A DNA stretch of 63,368 bases, filler included, from Collodictyon triciliatum (Eukaryota), in the NCBI GenBank assembly GCA_043381765.1. It is 8 parts of 8 records of this genome, joined end to end, with 100 filler letters (N's around TTAATTAATTAA, not from the genome) between each part and the next. Parts side by side here need not be neighbours in the genome. Positions count along the whole stretch, not along the records: positions 18,747 to 28,018 come from JBHJMP010003098.1; positions 28,119 to 37,424 come from JBHJMP010003099.1; positions 37,525 to 46,791 come from JBHJMP010003100.1; 5 more parts are not named here. One strand, written 5' to 3'. Of this stretch, positions 26,209 to 39,554 are shown piece after piece. Position 1 is the first letter of the stretch. Each line of letters begins with the position of its first letter. The position numbers and the translations under genes are program-made. Below the pieces are notes generated by a model, which saw only the letters and a program-made list of their open reading frames with translations, was not told where the DNA came from and ran no database searches.

Positions 26209-27905
26209 CTACGAGCGTTCTGTTTGAAAGAAAAAAGAGAGGGCATTCGACATCAGAATATTGTCTGAGTGCCAGATGATATGTGCAAACATCTTGAAAT
26301 TTGAAGCGTCATCTTCTGATGTTACAGCTTGCGTGCGTGTACCTCGCATACAAATGGATAGAGGAAAGCTTGAAATCATATCATTCAAACCTGTCCTGTA
26401 CTCCAGCAAGCCTTGGATGTTTTCGAATACCGCTTGAAGGCTGTCCTTGGCAGACACTTTAACAAGCTGGTCTTCGTATAGCTTGAGCAGATCTGATTTG
26501 AAAAGTCCTAGTGTTAGGGGCGCTTCCAGGGTGCATTGGGTATCAAAAGATGGCACAGTACCTTTGTGGTCAGACTCCCACCCTCCAAACGCCTTTTCGA
26601 ACGATGGCTGGCTGTCTTCGGGACGAGAGACCAGGCGGGACCGAATCTCGTCGTTCTTTGGTAAATCCTTGTCCGTATTGTAGCTCCATCCGGTGTGTGG
26701 ATCGACGCGGCGATTGACAATTCGAGAGGAGGCAGTCGCCTTGTCCACTTCAAGTAGGAACACACTAAATAAATTTGTATGGTGAATCAACCAAATAAAG
26801 CTCCTAAAAAGTCTGAATAGATTGGTTTTGTATAAAAGGGAGCACAGTACATAAATGTGTGTCTTTGAGAAGGAGGCTAACCTAGTGGGCACTATTCCAT
26901 TCGATGAGAGCAGCTTACCCTGTGCGGAATCGTTGGGGAAATCTTCAAGGACCCACCTATATTTGCAGGTCAGTAAAGGCACACATTGCGAAAACATGAG
27001 AAGTGCATGTGGACATAGCAATAAGAGACGTGATATTAAGTATGCACCCTTTTGTTCGAGCCTCCAAAGTCATTACTTTCTCCTTTATTAGGGTGAGTAT
27101 GATATCGTTCGGTACTAATGGGATTCCAGGATAAGAGTATGTTAGCTTAGTGAACAAAAGAGTAACATTATCATACGACAACCTCGAAGACATCTACATT
27201 TAACTCGTTCATAGTCTATTAGAGCCCCATAGATGTAATGATGCTGATGAGTTACCTGGTCGCCCTTGACGAATATACATATTTGCATCTGCTGAAAGTT
27301 TGGAGGAACCAGAGGTGCAAACTTTCACCAATTGATCTGTTGAGATATGTATCATCCCAAACTTTGTCGCCAGAAGGGCTGATATGCGCTTTCGTCCGCT
27401 ACCAGGTGCACCCAAAAGAACAACTTTATGAGGTCGTCTAGGTGCGCCCGTCGGTGGAATCAGGTTGAGATACATCTGCATGGTTTATAACAGGATAACC
27501 TGAGCTAAATTTCTATGCGCCCAAAAACAGTTCTTGCCATATACATCGAGTGGAAAACAAACAGCCATTTACTCGACTGCAGAGATATTGTAGCCCACCT
27601 GTATCTGGGGAAATACGTAGTCGGCCTCCTTTGAGCCGTCGAATTTCTGGATGAGGTGTTGGAAACTCTCGATGAGGCCGGGCAAGTACTTGCGATATTC
27701 ATGAAGTCGAGATTGCATCGTCTCTATTGTGTCATCAGGACGCTGCTTGACTCGGCCAGCTATATTTGCAGGTGGCGGACGGTACTTGATGTGGTACGAA
27801 ATCCCTGTTTCCGGGTCGATTCGTCTCCCTGTGGCTCTCTGAAGAAGAGGTCTGTCAGTGGGAGCATTATATATGCGGGGGGTTTTCGTCCGTGGAGAAG
27901 TACGA
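26209..27905 (-). CDS. Tandem-domain adenylate kinase (AK8-like, flagellar); 5' end truncated by contig end
   Basis: Domain 1 C-half GRRIDPETGISYH...RPDDT...RLHEY. Domain 2 P-loop VVLLGAPGSGR, GWVLEDFP, RRVDPHTG, RLVSRPED. Confidence 0.82.
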
Positions 27906-27925
27906 CTTTAAGTGGTTTAGCCAAA

Positions 27926-28017
<92 letters not shown>

Positions 28018-28215
28018 ANNNNNNNNNNNNNNNNNNNNNNNNNNNNNNNNNNNNNNNNNNNNTTAATTAATTAANNNNNNNNNNNNNNNNNNNNNNNNNN
28101 NNNNNNNNNNNNNNNNNNAAAAAAAAAAACATAATAAAAAAAAAAAAACAAAAAAAATATTGTTTTTTTTTTTTTTTTTTTTTTTGCCTACGTGCTAAAT
28201 AATCCCGCATCACAG

Positions 28216-29936
28216 ACACGCTTGGCGATGACCTGGGGCAAATCGAATCACCCATCGAGGCTTCTCTGAATAGGCAGACACTCTCTTCATCATCTTTCCG
28301 AGCAAATCCTCCTTCACTGGATCTCCCTCCCTCGAAGTTCGATAGTAACGGCACGCACGGAGGCCATAATCAGCGCAGGGGAAAGGGTGAGACTAAGCTT
28401 TCGTGCAATAAGGAAAATCACCAAACAATATAGACGGAATAGCAAAGTTAGAAGATTTTTGTGATTCTTTGCGAAGAGGAAATGACATTACGCTCTTGAT
28501 ACTTAGGTAATGACCAGTACCCTGGGTCTCCGAAATACCTAGGAAAGAAAGGCAGTCCGGGCGCTCAAGGCACACGTTCATTCAACCTTGATAGCGAGTC
28601 TCTTTTATATGTCACTGTTTCTCAACTTCCCCAAACTATTCGAGTTAGTGAGGTTGTGATGTGGCTATTGGGTATTGGAATTAAGGTACACTAATTTCAT
28701 CCGATATATTCGTACTGAAAGCGTAATTGATCTTACATAGTTTTATGATTATTATTTTAATTCCTGAAAGGGAACATTATATCAAATTTCACAATAATGT
28801 GTACAGACACCCAAAGAGGATATCAACATATGGCCGTCATCAAGAGATTCGTCTTTTGATTGCTTCATAATTCTTCGAGATGCACGAAGTCACCAGACTA
28901 TTCTTCAAAATCCTCGTATTGTAATGACCTGCATTCAAACAACTCATTTTATTTCAACTGTTCTTTGTTAACTAATCAAGATAATTTCTGTCCATATTCC
29001 CATTAAAAATATCTAGCTAATCCTTTTAATTGATTTATTTGAACCTAGGATTTATTATCTCCCTCCGCAATAATTGAAACTTCTTATCACAAGCCGTCCG
29101 GTAAGTGAGGATGATTTTAGCATTTTTAATGAATGACAAATAATGAAAAGATAATAACAAAATTATGCAGAGTTTCAGGACAAATCATGCCCAGTGAGCC
29201 AGCAAAAGACTATCAATACGAATACCAGACTTCGTGACCGTCCGCACCCACGAGAAACCCCAAGTCAAAGAGAACCCCATTATCACAGCCAAGATTACAG
29301 CTCCAATCACACCCGACAAGGAAAGGGCCGTAGCAGCCCCTTTGGTGATGATCAAGCCAGCTTTCATGGCTCACATTCTCCTCACACTGCCTGGCAAAGC
29401 TCAGCAGAATCACCCGGCACCCGAAGCGAACCCAGTAAGTTCGCAGCGAAAGATAGACAAGATGGAGAAAAGATGGAGAAAAGATGGAGAAAAGATGGAA
29501 AAAGGATAGAAAAAGATAGAAAAAGAAAAAGATAAAAAAATGATAGAAAAATAGCCCAACTAAATCAAATGCCATTCATAAAGGCACTCGCCCGAAGCTC
29601 AATCTGCTCCCTCGCTCGGTGGGTGCGCCATTGGGCGGCCTCTCGGATGCCTATTCCAACAAGCCAACGCCCTTTGCTGGTGCAAAGCCTGTATTAATCC
29701 AATCAGACGAAACGCTTCCAAACCCAGACCAACCAGAGAAGCAACCAAGCGGCCATATCACCGTTCTTTCTCCTCGCGCACGCAACGCAAACGCAAATGC
29801 AAATGCAAACGCAAACAGCCGCAAAGGTGGCTCGAGTCGAGCGGAAAATCTCGAAGTTTTTATCCGCATCACACCAACGCCGTCTCCGTCTGCATCGCCC
29901 GCCCTCGAGCCGGTTGCGGGAACAGAGTCTGCATAG
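28216..29936 (+). CDS. Divergent eIF4B/eIF4H-like RNA-binding protein; 5' end truncated
   Basis: Six exons join in frame. Degenerate RRM (LYVTVSQLPQTIRVSEVVMWLLG...FDCFIILRD) and C-terminal RPKLNLLPRSV...PFAGAKPV resembling the eIF4B/4H repeat motif. Confidence 0.5.
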
Positions 29937-30631
29937 ATTCCTGTCGACATGTTCGTGTGCCGGTGTGTATGTTTCTGTCCGCGTGTGCGGTGTGGATTTG
30001 CGGCTCGTTTGGGCAGTGTGCGGCAGGTGAGATGAGAACACATGAGAGAGACATGTCCAAGAAGAGGGAATGGACAAAGAAGCTGTGGATTACGACAGGA
30101 GATATTCTGAGAAGAAAAAAAGAAAAAAAACCAATGAAAAAGACAAAGAAATGGAGCAATAGAAGATTAGTCATGCAACGAAAAGCAGTGGTTTCTTTTC
30201 CTCTCTTTTCCTCCTGTGGTTGGAGAAATGATTCTGGCTGCAATGGGGAAGCTGGCGCAAAGATAGACAATCGAACTGGATATTACACGGCACTCAACCA
30301 AAAACATACATACATAGAGGAACACACGCACAAATAAAACTAAATCACAGGAATATAAACAGATAGCTGAAAAAAAAAGGGCAAACAAAACTTGAATAAA
30401 GGTCTCGCACGCACCTACAGCTGTAAGTTCGAAAAGAAACACAGTGGCGTTAGAGTAACAATATCGGCTGTCTCTTCTTCTTTTTCTCCTTCATCTATGA
30501 CAAGAGAAACTCTATTCAGTTCTTGAGGACACGCAATAAAATTATTAGGCATCTTGCACCACTGGTGAATAGATGCATCATTTGGTTTTGCGGTGTGCTT
30601 TTTTTTTCTTTTGGCTTTATAATTGCTCTCT

Positions 30632-31394
30632 TTAGGCACGCTTTTCCATTTCTTCTTGCTTCTTTGTTCGTCGCATGTCGCGTTGTGTCTGGAGCGATGG
30701 AGAGGAAGCCGCAGTTTAGCAACACTATACTTCTACTTCAATACACGTCTGCTTGGAAGTTGAAATACATCAGGAATACCTTTTTGTGCTTTTGGACAAG
30801 CTCAGGCATCTGCTCCATCAGCTTTGCAATTCTCTCCATGCTAGTTACGCCAGACGCGGAAAAAAAAAAGGAAAGGATAAAAAAGAAAAAAGAAGAGAAT
30901 GGAAAAAGAAAAGAAAAGAGAATATAAAAAAGAACAAATAGGAAAAAAAGAAAAAGAAAAAGAAAAAAGAAAAAAGAAAAAGAAAAAAGAAAAGAAAAAA
31001 GAAAAAAGAAAAAGAAAAAAGAAAAAAGAAAAAAGAAAAAAGAAAAAAGAAAAAAGAAAAAAGAAAAAAGAAAAAAGAAAAAGAAGGAAAAGTTCTTATG
31101 TTAGTTGCTTACTAAACCGTAGCTGATACATAGAAACACCACAAACCGAGCGGGCTTCTCCAGGTCTGCCTTTCGCCCTTTGATGGGACGGACTCTTCGC
31201 TCCACTCGGCGCTTTGCCTCTTCCTCGTCGAGCGGCCAAGTCAACCCATCAAGCACGACCGTTTTGCGCATCACGGCCAGCTGACGCGCGCTGATCTCCG
31301 GCTTATGCCAAACTCCATTCACTAGGCTGGGCTTGGAAAGCTGCAGAAGCCTGGGAAACTCTTCAAGGATCTTTGCTCCAGCGCGCACAGCCAT
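30632..31394 (-). CDS. Mitochondrial ribosomal protein mL59 (MRPL25-like); 3 exons
   Basis: KPSLVNGVWHKPEISARQLAVMRK...KGRKADLEKPAR|MERIAKLMEQMPELVQKHKK|TQRD...* matches the mL59 pattern (W..P..S.R / KG.K / M..MP). Confidence 0.75.
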
Positions 31395-32350
31395 CTCTGA
31401 GCCAAATCAAGAGAATAAAGAAAAAGATAAGAAAAAGATAAGAAAAAGATAAGAAAAAGATAAGAAAAAGATAAGAAAAAGATAAGAAAAAGATAAGAAA
31501 AAGATAAGAAAAAGATAAGAAAAAGATAAGAAAAAGATAAGAAAAAGAAGAGAATAAAGAAAGAGAATAAAGAAAGAGAATAAAGAAAGAGAATAAAGAA
31601 AGAGAATAAAGAAAGAGAATAAAGAAAGAGAATAAAGAAAGAGAATAAAGAAAGAGAATAAANNNNNNNNNNNNNNNNNNNNNNNNNNNNNNNNNNNNNN
31701 NNNNNNNNNNNNNNNNNNNNNNNNNNNNNNNNNNNNNNNNNNNNNNNNNNNNNNNNNNNNNNNNNNNNNNNNNNNNNNNNNNNNNNNNNNNNNNNNNNNN
31801 NNNNNNNNNNNNNNNNNNNNNNNNNNNNNNNNNNNNNNNNNNNNNNNNNNNNNNNNNNNNNNNNNNNNNNNNNNNNNNNNNNNNNNNNNNNNNNNNNNNN
31901 NNNNNNNNNNNNNNNNNNNNNNNNNNNNNNNNNNNNNNNNNNNNNNNNNNNNNNNNNNNNNNNNNNNNNNNNNNNNNNNNNNNNNNNNNNNNNNNNNNNN
32001 NNNNNNNNNNNNNNNNNNNNNNNNNNNNNNNNNNNNNNNNNNNNNNNNNNNNNNNNNNNNNNNNNNNNNNNNNNNNNNNNNNNNNNNNNNNNNNNNNNNN
32101 NNNNNNNNNNNNNNNNNNNNNNNNNAAAGAAAGAGAGAATAAAGAAAGAGAATAAAGAAAGACAGAATAAAGAGAATAAAGAATAAAGAAAAGGAAATGA
32201 GAGAAATGATCAGTCCCCACGGAGAAGAATCGCCCAAGGGAGTGCAAAGCAGCCTGATTTATTGCACGGCTCACACACGAGAACAAAAGAGATGAATCAG
32301 ATCGGGTGCGGTTGCGTCTTCACACACAAGACAAAAGCCAAGCAGGCGCT

Positions 32351-33921
32351 TTACAAAAGAGTCTTGATAAAGTCCTCGAGCTTGATCTGGTCCTTGACAA
32401 AGTTTCTGATGCCCTCAGAGAGCTTGTCGGTGGCCATTTGGTCCTCGTTCATCTGGAAGCGGAAGTTCTGCTCGGTCACCTGCACATGAGGGATGTCGAG
32501 CGCCTTGGCCTGCTCCACGCTGAGTTTGCGCTCAAAGACGTGGTTTGTGCTCTGAAGCTCCTTCAGCAGCTTGGGCGAGATTGTCAGGAAGTCGCAGCCG
32601 GCAAGATCATACAGCTCGTCCACATTGCGGAACGAGGCGCCCATCACAATTGTGGGGATGTCGTACTTTTTGTAGTACTGGTAGATGCGCGAGACAAGGG
32701 CAACACCTACCGGCGAAGGACGAGGCATATCATGGTTTTTTTTTTGTTCTTTAACTCTCTTTTTCTTTTCTTCTTTAAAATTATATCGATTTACTGTGGT
32801 ATCAAGAATTACACCCTAAATGATGCATAGGGCTTATCTGCAGATAAAATAATACCAATCACCGCAGACAAGGAAGTATGAAGGGAATTTACCTGGGTCG
32901 ACATCGAAGGCGACTTTGTGCTCCTTGAACCAGTCCAAGACACGACTGGAAAGCACCAAAGTAAGCAAAGGGGCATCCCATCATCATCACACATTCAAGG
33001 CAGCATAAGAGAGAGAGAAGAAGAAGAAGAAGAAAAAAGACAATATGAAAAAGCCAGACGAACCCGACAAACGGCGAAATCAGCGTGACCTTGGCATCTG
33101 CGCACGCAACCGCCTGGTAGAAGTGGAACATAAGAGTCAGGTTGCAGTGGATGCCTTCGGCCTCGAGAACACGGGCAGCCTCGATTCCCTCCCAGGTGGC
33201 TGCAAGCTTGATCAGAATGCGCTCCTTGGGGATTCCGGCCGCGGCGTAGAGAGCAATCAGCTTGCGGGCCTTGACCAGCGAAGCGTCCTTGTCGAACGAC
33301 AGGCGGGCATCGACCTCAGTGCTGACGCGGCCAGGGACGAGCTCGAGAATCTTCTTGCCAAAGTTGACCGAGAGTCTGTCCAGCACCTGGGCAGCAAGGG
33401 GGTGGGATATCCGACCCGGTTAGTTTTCTTTCCTTTGGCAAAGGAGAGCCCTTTTTATTATTATTATTATTTATTTATTCTACTTATTTCGATTATCATT
33501 TGTGTTACTCTTTTTTCTTTCTTCCCTGGGTTCAGCAAAAAAGAAAAGAAAAAGACGTGCTCTCAAAGAGAGCGTTTCGTGGTCTTGCAACCTGTGATCT
33601 CAAGAGCAGAGACAGAGACGGAATTACCTCGGAGAGCAGCGAATCGATCGGGGCCTCGGACGAAACAGCGGCCTTTGCCTGGGTGATTGCATCGTCGACC
33701 AGGGCGCGGTAGGCGGGCATTTGGGCAGCCTGGAAAAGCAGGGACGGGTTTGTGGTGGCGTCCTGCGGCTGATACTGCTGGATGCTGTTGAGATCGCCCG
33801 TGTCCGCAACAACCGTGGTGAAGCTCTTGAGCAGGGCCAGTGCGTCCTGCGTCCAAGTCGCGTGTGCTCCGCTCTCGGTGCGCTGCAGTTTGCTGGGTTG
33901 TTCGGAGGACTGGTCTGCCAT
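32351..33921 (-). CDS. TALDO1: Transaldolase; 4 exons
   Basis: [82 protein letters not shown]. Confidence 0.97.
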
Positions 33922-34753
33922 TTGCCGTGCTTTTCCCTGTCTTTGGTGTTTCTGGGTTATCTTGCGGCGGGTAATTTATTCGGTCCTTTGTGTAGGGTCT
34001 TCATTGCTGGAGAGGATGATGCCGGGTTCGTGTGTGTGTTGGACTTGGTTTGGGTTGGGTTTGGGTTGGGTTGTCTTTTTGTGCAGATTCATTCTGTTTT
34101 TATTTGATTCTTTGATTCCTTTTTTTCTTTTAGTGTGTGTGTGTGTTTGTTTTGTGTTGATCTGTTTCGCCTTGGTTGGTTTGAAGTTTTGTGGCGGTTT
34201 GTTGTGTGTCTGTGGCTTGGTAAGGAATAACGCTCCGGAGGCATGGGCGGTATTGGTGGTGTAGGGATTGGGCTGTATCTTGTGCTGATATCTTGTTTTG
34301 TAGGTTTTCAATGGAATGTCTTGATGTCTTCTCGAGAGTGTTATTGCGTGTGTGCTTGGGAACGTGTTTTTTTTTTTTTTTTTGCTTTTCTTTTCTTTTT
34401 TTGGATGGAAGGTATCCAGGGCGAAGGAGAGAAAGTCCACTTGCGCAGGACGTAATCATCGCCACCCTGATATTACGTTGTTTATTCATGACAAGCTTTG
34501 TCCCCTTCACACTGACTCGCATTTTATTTCCAAGATATATCGCGAATCGTTAAATATATAATATAGTAACTCTTCAAGGTGGAACGAGCACCCTAGTCTG
34601 TGGGGGTGATGTGTTTTTATCGAGCAAGGTTGTGCGGCAAAGGCTCAGTTCCTGTCATATGTCAATTGGGGTTATATCTTTTTCATCCAGAGCAACGGCA
34701 ACAGTATTTGATAGAGGGTTTTGTATGGCCCTTGGCGTTGCTTGATGCTGGCC

Positions 34754-36911
34754 CTATTTCGGCTTCTTAGCCTCTGTCTTTGGGTTAACTCCTGCGATGT
34801 TTTGTGGGCTGGACTTGGCTGGGATAATGTCCATTATTAATAATATCATCGTTTTAAAAAGAAAACAGAAGGATGGAGAAGCAATGAGAAGGATTATTTG
34901 CGTGTGTGGTAGGAAATATGAATGGATATGATGTGTTCGTCTTAGGCTTGGCCTGAATCATTTGTTTCACACAGGACACATCACCCGGTAGTTGGTTGGG
35001 ATGTTAGCCTATCACGGAAGACAAGCCACTTTGAGAATGCCAACGAACCTGGTGGGTTTAGCTCGCTGAGTTGCAGAGAGCTGTTCTCTAGTTTACTCGC
35101 GATGCCATTTAAGTCTTTGTGCAGGTAATACAGTCTATTCTGTATGACCAGTGGTAGAAAAAAGGAGAAGGAAAAGGAAAAGAAAAAAAAAGAACAGATT
35201 TAGCTGAAACAAAGAAAACATAGAATCTTCATTTGTTGAATACCGAAGTATTGTAGCACAGAATTTCAAACGTCCTTCGCGCAACTGCATTTGTAATTTG
35301 GATGGTTACAACAATGACATTTTCTTAATTTCAACATTCTTGGAGATTCGATCACATAATCATCATGATTTTTTTAAGAAAGAATAGAACAAGATTTTCT
35401 AATGATTCTAACTAACATTTGTAATGGAAAAGTGCTTTGCGTTTTCACTGGCAAAAGAGTGTTTTTTTTTTTCAAAGAAAGCAGACCTCTCGCTCTTTCC
35501 TGTTCTAATTCAGCCTGGACTTTTCCTTGCCATTCAAGTATTCTCTTTTCATCAGCTTCAATTTTGGCTTCCAACTCTTTTACTTCTTTGGATATCCTAG
35601 CCTCCTTATCCAGGAGCTCTTTGTTGCGTCTTTTGGCTGCCTCTAGATTTTGATTTCTTTCAAGTATTCTCTTTTCTATAGCGTCTCCGTCGGCTTTCAG
35701 CTCATTTACTTCTTTGGATATCCTAGCCTCCTTATCCAGGAGCTCTTTGTTGCGTCTTTTGGCTGCCTCTAGATTTTGATTTTTTTCAAGTATTCTCTTT
35801 TCTATAGCGTCTTCGTCGGCTTTCAGCTTCTTTACTTCTTCGGATATCCTATCCTCCTCTTTTAGTCTGGCTTGCTTTACTCGCAAATAGAGATAACAGG
35901 ATACAAAGTTATTCAAGGACGATGTATATTTTGTAAAAACACAAAATATTTGAATAGAAAATAAAGACAAAACAAAACAAAGCTATGCGAAACTAATAAA
36001 TCATGAATATGCAAGCAATGCAATAAATAAATAAATAAACAAATAAATAAACATAAACATAAATCACTGCACGGCTCGATCAACCATCTTACCATAAAGC
36101 TTTCATGTAAAAGTGCATTCTGCAATTCCATCACTGAAGGCCTATCGCACGGTTTTTTCCTCATAGCCCAGGAAACAACAGTTCGTAAGTGTTCGTCCTC
36201 AATCATGCTGAAATCATATCTTCGAATTGTAGGGATTTTCTTTACTAGGAGCATAAAAAGGACTAATCCAATCCCAAACACATCGTCTTTGCCATTAAAA
36301 ACGGGACTTTTGTTTCCCATAGCCCCAGAAGTCTCAGCATGGGTATCCGTGCGAGTAGGTTCCGCTCCTGCGTATGGTGGAATAAAAGGAAACTTGTGAG
36401 CTCCTGAAAATTGCGCCTGTCGCTCGATGCTATCGTGGAGAATCCTCAAGGCAAAGTCGCACATCATGATAGAATCATCTTCGATTAAATACACATTCCC
36501 AGGCACAATATTTCCGTGGGTGATATTTCTTTTGTGCAGGTGATCAATAACATCACAAAGCTGACTCCCAATATCCTTAATCTTCCGGAGCGTAAAATCG
36601 TGACAAGGGACGATTTTTGATAATGATATGCCGACAATGTAGTCACGTGTGATGTTGAGACAGCCCGATCGAATGAATGCCCCGTGGTATGATGCTAAGC
36701 CTTTATGGGGAGTAAGTTTTACGAGACTGTCAACCCAGTCCAACACCAGGTTCGAGGATGATGAGTCTAATAGATTCAAATTATACTCCTTGATAAGTAT
36801 GGGGTTGGGGTCTCTTCCAACACGACCAAGCAAAACGCGATAGTCTCCTCCGCCCGCTATTACACGATCAGTAGTTATGTGTCTGGGTTCCGTTGGGCTT
36901 GCATGTTCCAT
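34754..36911 (-). CDS. Protein kinase-fold protein, probably a pseudokinase, with C-terminal coiled coil
   Basis: Kinase subdomains present but HRD reads HGN (THGNIVPGNVYL), DFG reads DFA, and APE is degenerate. Coiled-coil exon at about 35487-35877. Terminal exons inferred to stop at 34754. Confidence 0.75.
35581..35832 (-). repeat. Two near-identical 126-bp coding tandem units (42-aa coiled coil)
   Basis: 35581-35706 and 35707-35832 differ at only a few bases. Partial units lie on both sides. Confidence 0.9.
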
Positions 36912-37872
36912 GCTTTTGGAGATGTACAATCCCTTGAGAAGTCATGGAGCAGGTCAAAAAACAAAAGGCAAATACCAACAAGAAAAGTAATAATAAAATT
37001 GTAATACGAACTAAAAGTACAAATAGAAAAAGAAAACAACAACAACAAAAAAAAAAAAATAGAGTAAGGGGGTAATAGAATAAAATACTTAAAAAAAGAA
37101 TAAAAAGAAAATCCTATATAATGTCAGGGGATATACGATCGCAAACTACGGCGGCATGCACAGCATACAACAAAACGAAATGCTGGTGTGACAAGTCGTA
37201 GTTCAAACTGTCAGACTGAAAGTGGGCGGCGCGCAGTAGGTAGATAAGACTCATCACTTTACCGTCAGCCATTCTTTTCCCATTCCTCTTTTCTGCTTTA
37301 AGACTGACATACTCTTGGTTCGGCTAAAGAAAAGAAAAAGAAAAAGAAAAAGAAAAAGAAAAAGAAAAAGAAAAAGAAAAAGAAAAAGAAAAAGAAAAAG
37401 AAAAAGAAAAAGAAAAAGAAAAAGNNNNNNNNNNNNNNNNNNNNNNNNNNNNNNNNNNNNNNNNNNNNTTAATTAATTAANNNNNNNNNNNNNNNNNNNN
37501 NNNNNNNNNNNNNNNNNNNNNNNNCTCTCTCTCTCTCTCTCTCTCTCTCTCGTAGGCTGTTTGGACAAGAAGATAAGTCTGTCGGCCTTTGATGGGGCTC
37601 CTGTCTTGCAAAGACGGTTTTCCTTCTTCAGGTTGACAGAGTCCGTGGCTTCGCCGAGACTTCCCCGGATTTATAAAGTTGTGATAATGCTTTGGTTTTT
37701 TCCGTCGCCTGCTCATCCCTTCATGAATCTGGTATTGTGGATTCCTTCTTTTTCCCATCCATTTATTTTTTTTAATCTCTCGAACGAAAAAGAAAAAAAA
37801 GAATGAAACTAATGCCAAACGAATCTGTGGATTGTTGTGGTAATGATCTGCTAGTTGCTTCGCGAGCTCTCC

Positions 37873-38018
37873 AAACAAACAAACAAACAAACAAACAAAC
37901 AAACAAACAAACAAACAAACAAACAAACAAACAAACAAACAAACAAACAAACAAACAAACAAACAAACAAACAAACAAACAAACAAACAAACAAACAAAC
38001 AAACAAACAAACAAACAA
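37873..38018 (+). repeat. (AAAC)n microsatellite
   Basis: Directly visible. Confidence 0.97.
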
Positions 38019-38557
38019 AAGAAAACCGAAAACTGAGAAGTGAATGAAAGGGAAAAAAAAAAAGTGTTTCTCACAGAAGTGTTTGAGCAACTTTTATGAT
38101 AAAAAAAAAAGTGTTATGTTGTGACCTTAACTCGACTTTCAACCTTAACACTTTGTTTTTTGTGAGTTATTATCGTTCTTCTTTTCACTAACGAAGCAGT
38201 GGTCCGGCACTTGTAGTTTACTTGCTCGATCTGGATAAGCGATGGTTCTTTGGAGCTGGTAAATAACTCATGCAATAACTTAGCCCATGATGTGTGTATA
38301 TATCTTGTTGGATCGTCATGAAAGCCTGTGAAACTGTGGCGCAACGACTTGTTTAGTCAGAAGTTGGCCAAAGACCTTCGTTTTCTCTTTGTTGTTATTG
38401 ATCACCAGCATTCTTATTCTTCCTCTGTATTGTTTTTCTAGTCCCTTTGGCGTTCTTTTCATTCTGTGCTACGCATGTCTTTGTGACGATTATATGTGCC
38501 CTACGTGTTCAAAGAGTGACTTCAAATATCATCATATGATTGGGTATACTCTTGTAG

Positions 38558-39025
38558 GGAGAGTGACGATGGTTGGGTTGAATATTCCGCCCAAGCAAAC
38601 AAAGTGATTGAGAAAGCCTATCAACTGGGCCGAACTCGGGTAGGTTCACTTTTGTTTCTTTTTATTATTCAGAGTCTGAGCAAATAAACTAAAGAAAAAG
38701 CATGAAAAAATATTGAACTAAATAATCTATCCAGTAAAAATATTCAGAGCATATGCGCGTCAGTAAGTTTTTTTTTAAAAATACAAGCCTAAAGCTGTGT
38801 CCTCATATCTTCGATGCTGTCAGGTTGCAGTCGACTCAGAACGGTTTGTCGATTTAAAAGATATGCTTCAACGTCGGTTTGACGATGAATCAAAAAGAAG
38901 GGACGTAAAGCGATCGGCTGCTAGAAAGGTGTCGCTGATTATGGAAAGATTAACTATATCTTATAAGCCTAGCCATATTCTCAGGATTTTTTATTTCTTT
39001 TTGTTGCAAGCTTTCCGTTTGCGTG

Positions 39026-39104
<79 letters not shown>

Positions 39105-39554
39105 TTCTGCTAACTAACTTGACGTTAACCTATGAAGACAAAAGAAATTCAGAAAAGACAGCCATTTGATGGTGAAGTGATTGCCTTTCTTCAGACAGAC
39201 GCTAAAGAATTTTACAAGTCATCTCTGGACATCGAATCTCATGGGGGAATTGCGGTAGCCTCATATTTGGATCAGGTAAACAAAGCAAGGAGTATTCATC
39301 GTATGATTTTCCATACAAACAGTATATTGGTATACTGCGATAAGAAATTTGCTCATCATTCTCTTCCATTTTCTGGTATTATGTGCGCGACCAAGGTAAC
39401 CCTGGTGGTTTGTTCAGACACTGATAAGGCGTCTTTCCAGAAGGAACTAGATTATGCCAACGAACAGAATGTCACTGTCGTCACACCAAAGTTTATCTCT
39501 GATTCTATCACAAAAGGAACTTTCCTGGACGTCTCGCCGTACATCCTCTCATAG
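38558..39554 (+). CDS. Small WWE + BRCT domain protein (first exon uncertain)
   Basis: WWE: ESDDGWVEYSAQANKVIEKAYQLGRTR|VAVDSERFVDLKDMLQRRFDDESKRRDVKR. BRCT: PFDGEVIAF...IESHGG...VTLVVC...ANEQNVTVVTPKFISDSITKG...YILS*. Confidence 0.8.

Noticed and set aside
34420-34445. AAGGAGAGAAAGTCC resembling U6atac or RNase MRP motifs
   Set aside because: The rest of either RNA is absent.
37550-38345. Exon-like fragments around the AAAC repeat
   Set aside because: Strand and frame are ambiguous, with no recognisable product.
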